Below, piece after piece: positions 26,248-28,958 of a stretch of 28,958 nucleotides of DNA. The stretch's first letter is position 1; each line of letters begins with the position of its first letter. The notes beneath the pieces were generated by a model. That model searched no databases. It saw only the letters and a program-made list of their open reading frames with translations, and was not told where the DNA came from. The DNA comes from Candidatus Uhrbacteria bacterium CG_4_9_14_3_um_filter_36_7 (GTDB taxonomy: Bacteria > Patescibacteriota > Patescibacteriia > UBA9934 > GWF2-40-263), in the NCBI GenBank assembly GCA_002791255.1, contig PFWS01000022.1, positions 1 through 28,958 on the forward strand. Direction: 5' to 3'. Position numbers and translations under genes: made by a program.

Positions 26248-28095
26248 TTATTCAATCGGCCAAGCAATAGGTAGTATGCCAGTAAATGGATGGTCTCCAA
26301 AAATGACATCTGTGACTCCCGAGCCTTGTGTGCCTGGTAACCAAGCGGTGATAATCACGTCTATATCATGATTAATATTTTTAATATCTATTGGTCGTCC
26401 ACAAATTAATAAGACAATCAGTTTTTTACTTTTCTGTTTTAGACGTTCTATTACCAGAAGATCTTCTGTAGAAAGATGAAGTTTTTCCTGATCTCCTTCT
26501 CCTTCTGCATATGGTTTTTCTCCTACAACAGCTATACCAATATCCGCCAAATCAGTTATTTGAGGAAATTTAGCTTCCTCGCTATATTCAACCACAGTAG
26601 TTGTATCAACAGTTTGTTTAATAGCTTGTAAAATAGTTGTCCCTGGAATTTGATTTCCGTTTATTCCTTGCCACTCAATAGTCCAACCGCCTGATTGTCG
26701 ACCTAAATTATCAGCACTTGATCCTGCCACAAGAATATGAGAATTATTTTTTGAAAGCGGTAGAACATGTTCTGTGTCTTTAAGGAGAACAACAGATTTA
26801 CGCACAGCTTCTCTGGCAAGTTCTTTGTGAGACAATAAATCTATTTCATAAAATCGTTCTTGGTCTGTAAATGATTTTTCAAATAATCCGATTTGAAATT
26901 TTGCTAATAGAATTCGAGAGACTGCATCGTTTAAACGTTTTTGAGAAATATCTTCTTTGGCAAGTGCTTCATACATAACCTCAAAGAACTCTTTATAATC
27001 ATCTGGTATCATCACCATATCAATACCTGAGTTTATAGCTTTCACAACACTTTCATATTTGTTTGTTGGATTGATCTGATTGACTCCATGCCAATCAGAA
27101 ACAATAAAGCCCTTGAAGCCTAATTCATTCTTTAAAACTTCAGTTAGTAAATAAGAATGGCCAGCCATTTTTTCTCCATTCCAACTATGTAAACCAGCCA
27201 TAATGGAAAAAACACCTTCTGAAATAGCGGCTTTAAATGGAGTTAGATGAGTAGAGCGTAATTTTTCTTCAGTAATAGTGCTTTGACCTTGATCAAGAAA
27301 ATAAAATTGATTCGTTGACGTGCCCCATTTAGTTGCGCCTGCTCCAAGATAATGTTTGGCAGTGGCCATAACTATTGGTTCATTTGTAGACGTTGTTTGT
27401 AATCCTTGGATAAGGGCGCGACCAAGACGAGATACAAGATCTGGGTTAGATCCAAATGTTTCATAGGTTCGGCCCCAACGGTTATCTGTGGCAATATCAA
27501 GAGACGGAGCAAAATTCCAGTAAATACCCGTAGCTCGAAGCTCTTTAGCTACAGCCTCACCAATACGTTTTATAAGATTTTCATCATGCGTAGCTCCAAG
27601 ACCAATTTGATGAGGAAAAATGGTTGCACCAGCCAAATTTCCGTGTCCATGAACTGCATCAACTCCATACAAGAGAGGAATCTGTAATCGAGTTTGCTGA
27701 GTTTGCTCTTGAAAACTATTAATCATTTGAGTCCAACCTTGCGGAGTATTAGGTTCTGGAAGAGAACCGGCTCCACTTAAAAGAGCACCAAGTTTATATT
27801 GAGCAATATCATTGATATTTCCAAGATATTTTCGTTCAACCAAAGCCATTTGGCCTATTTTTTCTGATTCAGTCATACGGCTAAGTAGATTATTAACACG
27901 TTCTTCACTTGATAGGCTTGAATCTTGATAGGGAAGTTTAGAATTATTTTTTGGTTGATCTTCATTTTTTTCTAAACTATAAGTGGATACACTTTTCTCA
28001 TTTAATTTACGAGCAGATGAAATAGACCAATAAATCAGAGCAAATAATCCAGTAAGTAAAAGAAAGATATATTTAATTTTCATAAAAGCAAGCAT
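26248..28095 (-). CDS. Glycoside hydrolase family 3 (beta-glucosidase/exo-glucanase), N-terminally anchored
   Basis: EKIGQM, YGVDAVHGH, RWGRTYETF, AKHYLG, nucleophile VSDW and GEKPYAEGEGD. No Fn3 tail. The start may be 28083. Confidence 0.95.
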   Translation of the reverse strand: MLAFMKIKYIFLLLTGLFALIYWSISSARKLNEKSVSTYSLEKNEDQPKNNSKLPYQDSSLSSEERVNNLLSRMTESEKIGQMALVERKYLGNINDIAQYKLGALLSGAGSLPEPNTPQGWTQMINSFQEQTQQTRLQIPLLYGVDAVHGHGNLAGATIFPHQIGLGATHDENLIKRIGEAVAKELRATGIYWNFAPSLDIATDNRWGRTYETFGSNPDLVSRLGRALIQGLQTTSTNEPIVMATAKHYLGAGATKWGTSTNQFYFLDQGQSTITEEKLRSTHLTPFKAAISEGVFSIMAGLHSWNGEKMAGHSYLLTEVLKNELGFKGFIVSDWHGVNQINPTNKYESVVKAINSGIDMVMIPDDYKEFFEVMYEALAKEDISQKRLNDAVSRILLAKFQIGLFEKSFTDQERFYEIDLLSHKELAREAVRKSVVLLKDTEHVLPLSKNNSHILVAGSSADNLGRQSGGWTIEWQGINGNQIPGTTILQAIKQTVDTTTVVEYSEEAKFPQITDLADIGIAVVGEKPYAEGEGDQEKLHLSTEDLLVIERLKQKSKKLIVLLICGRPIDIKNINHDIDVIITAWLPGTQGSGVTDVIFGDHPFTGILPIAWPIE

Positions 28096-28163
28096 AAAAT
28101 AGATTCACCATTTGAATTGGTGAATATTTATTTTGTGAATAATCAGCTTAATGGCTTATGTTT

Positions 28164-28688
28164 TTATTGAAGAGTTGGAAGAATAGAGTAAATTTTTACT
28201 CCATAAATAGTGAAGAGAATAGATTTCCATTCATCTTCTGGGATGAATTTATTGGAAAGAGGATATTGTATTTGTCCTTCCCGTTCATGGTGTTTTGTTA
28301 GAGCCCTATACAGGTGGTGGCCTGCATAGTGAATTTTTTGGAGATTATAATTTTCAAATGCTTGTTTAACTTGATCTAATAATTTTAAGATATTTTCATG
28401 ATCGCGTTTAGCAATAACACTTGGTCCCATGCCTTTTTTAAGACCAATATATTCATCAAAACGTGGAAACAGAATTTGATCTTCAAGCAAGATATGTTTT
28501 TCAAGGTGAATAGAAAATATTGCGAAGATATTTTTTGCCCGCTGAGAATCAATTTTTTCTGCAATGACTTCATCAAGAAGTCGAACAAGATATTGATGAT
28601 CAGCATCCATGAACATGGAAACATGATTCATAAAAATAAATAACCATTTAGCATTTCTGATGCAATCTTTAAATTGACCTCTTTTCAT
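28164..28688 (-). CDS. Hemerythrin/HHE cation-binding domain protein
   Basis: DH, HLEKHILLEDQILFP, DHENI and HHEREGQIQYP repeats. Alternative start at ATG 28631. Confidence 0.8.
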   Translation of the reverse strand: MKRGQFKDCIRNAKWLFIFMNHVSMFMDADHQYLVRLLDEVIAEKIDSQRAKNIFAIFSIHLEKHILLEDQILFPRFDEYIGLKKGMGPSVIAKRDHENILKLLDQVKQAFENYNLQKIHYAGHHLYRALTKHHEREGQIQYPLSNKFIPEDEWKSILFTIYGVKIYSILPTLQ

Positions 28689-28745
28689 CTTATAACGATT
28701 GTAAGAAAAAACAATACATTTTTTTAAAATAAAATTTTCTTATAG

Positions 28746-28773
28746 TTGACGCTTTTTTTCTATTTTGTATTCT
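28746..28773 (+). promoter_or_regulatory. Promoter for the terminal partial ORF
   Basis: TTGACG (28746-28751), 16 bp spacer, TATTCT (28768-28773). Confidence 0.5.
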
Positions 28774-28826
28774 GGATAGTAGGGTCTTCTTTTTTCTATA
28801 AAGAGGACATAAACCAGGAGGTTGCC

Positions 28827-28958
28827 GTGGGTAGAAGAACCCAGCAAAATATATACAGATTAGATCGTGACGAAGAGGTTCTCTTTCCGGTTCTCCCAGA
28901 CCTTGGAGAACTGGACGAGTGGGTAGAGGAAGATATTCAGAGGCTACTTGAGGAGCCT
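28827..28958 (+). CDS. Hypothetical acidic protein, 3'-truncated by the window edge
   Basis: AGGAGG SD (28816-28821) and GTG at 28827. MGRRTQQNIYRLDRDEEVLFPVLPDLGELDEWVEEDIQRLLEEP is open to the end of the window. Confidence 0.7.
   Translation, partial: MGRRTQQNIYRLDRDEEVLFPVLPDLGELDEWVEEDIQRLLEEP

Noticed and set aside
28103-28125. 8-bp hairpin ATTCACCA/TGGTGAAT just upstream of the GH3 start
   Set aside because: AT-rich stem without a clear U-tract. It could be a weak terminator or operator, but there is no second copy or other support.
1-28958. Alternative genetic code 25 (TGA as Gly) as in Gracilibacteria/Absconditabacteria
   Set aside because: Conserved genes are full length in code 11 and several end at TGA (helicase, Nramp-like transporter, SPFH).

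Overview
AT-rich, gene-dense bacterial chromosomal window read in standard code 11 (TGA is used as a stop). An origin in the Patescibacteria/CPR, possibly Uhrbacteria/Magasanikbacteria-like, is inferred from the GAGC lipobox, the scarcity of SD sites and the gene mix; this was not tested. Contents: a lipoprotein, DEAD-box helicase, Gmad2 protein, DedA, PQQ sugar dehydrogenase plus blue-copper protein, an OmpR-type two-component system with a downstream secreted protein, a copper-efflux operon (HMA-DsbD_2/TauE-cupredoxin, CopZ, CopA) behind typA, cupin, SIMPL, HD protein, YdeN hydrolase, four-helix-bundle gene, tRNA-Pro(CGG), rlmN, SPFH, ABC exporter, alpha/beta hydrolase, a divergent pyrD, an Nramp-like transporter, GH3 and a hemerythrin-like protein. 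There is no CRISPR, transposase or integrase. The best candidate for an undescribed system is at 13365-13793: a secreted CxxHC leader ORF whose stop codon abuts a 55-nt hairpin ending 8 nt before the first cop gene. This resembles CutF/CruR translational copper sensors but lacks their Pro-rich arrest motif, and the operon has no CsoR/CopY/CueR gene. Other leads: CTTCAT-N5-CTTCAT boxes for the two-component system, a pyrD with class-1 catalytic Cys on a class-2 scaffold, switch-like leaders, an unannotated 34-aa membrane peptide unit, and a possible relic islet at tRNA-Pro. All motif and structure calls were made by eye.
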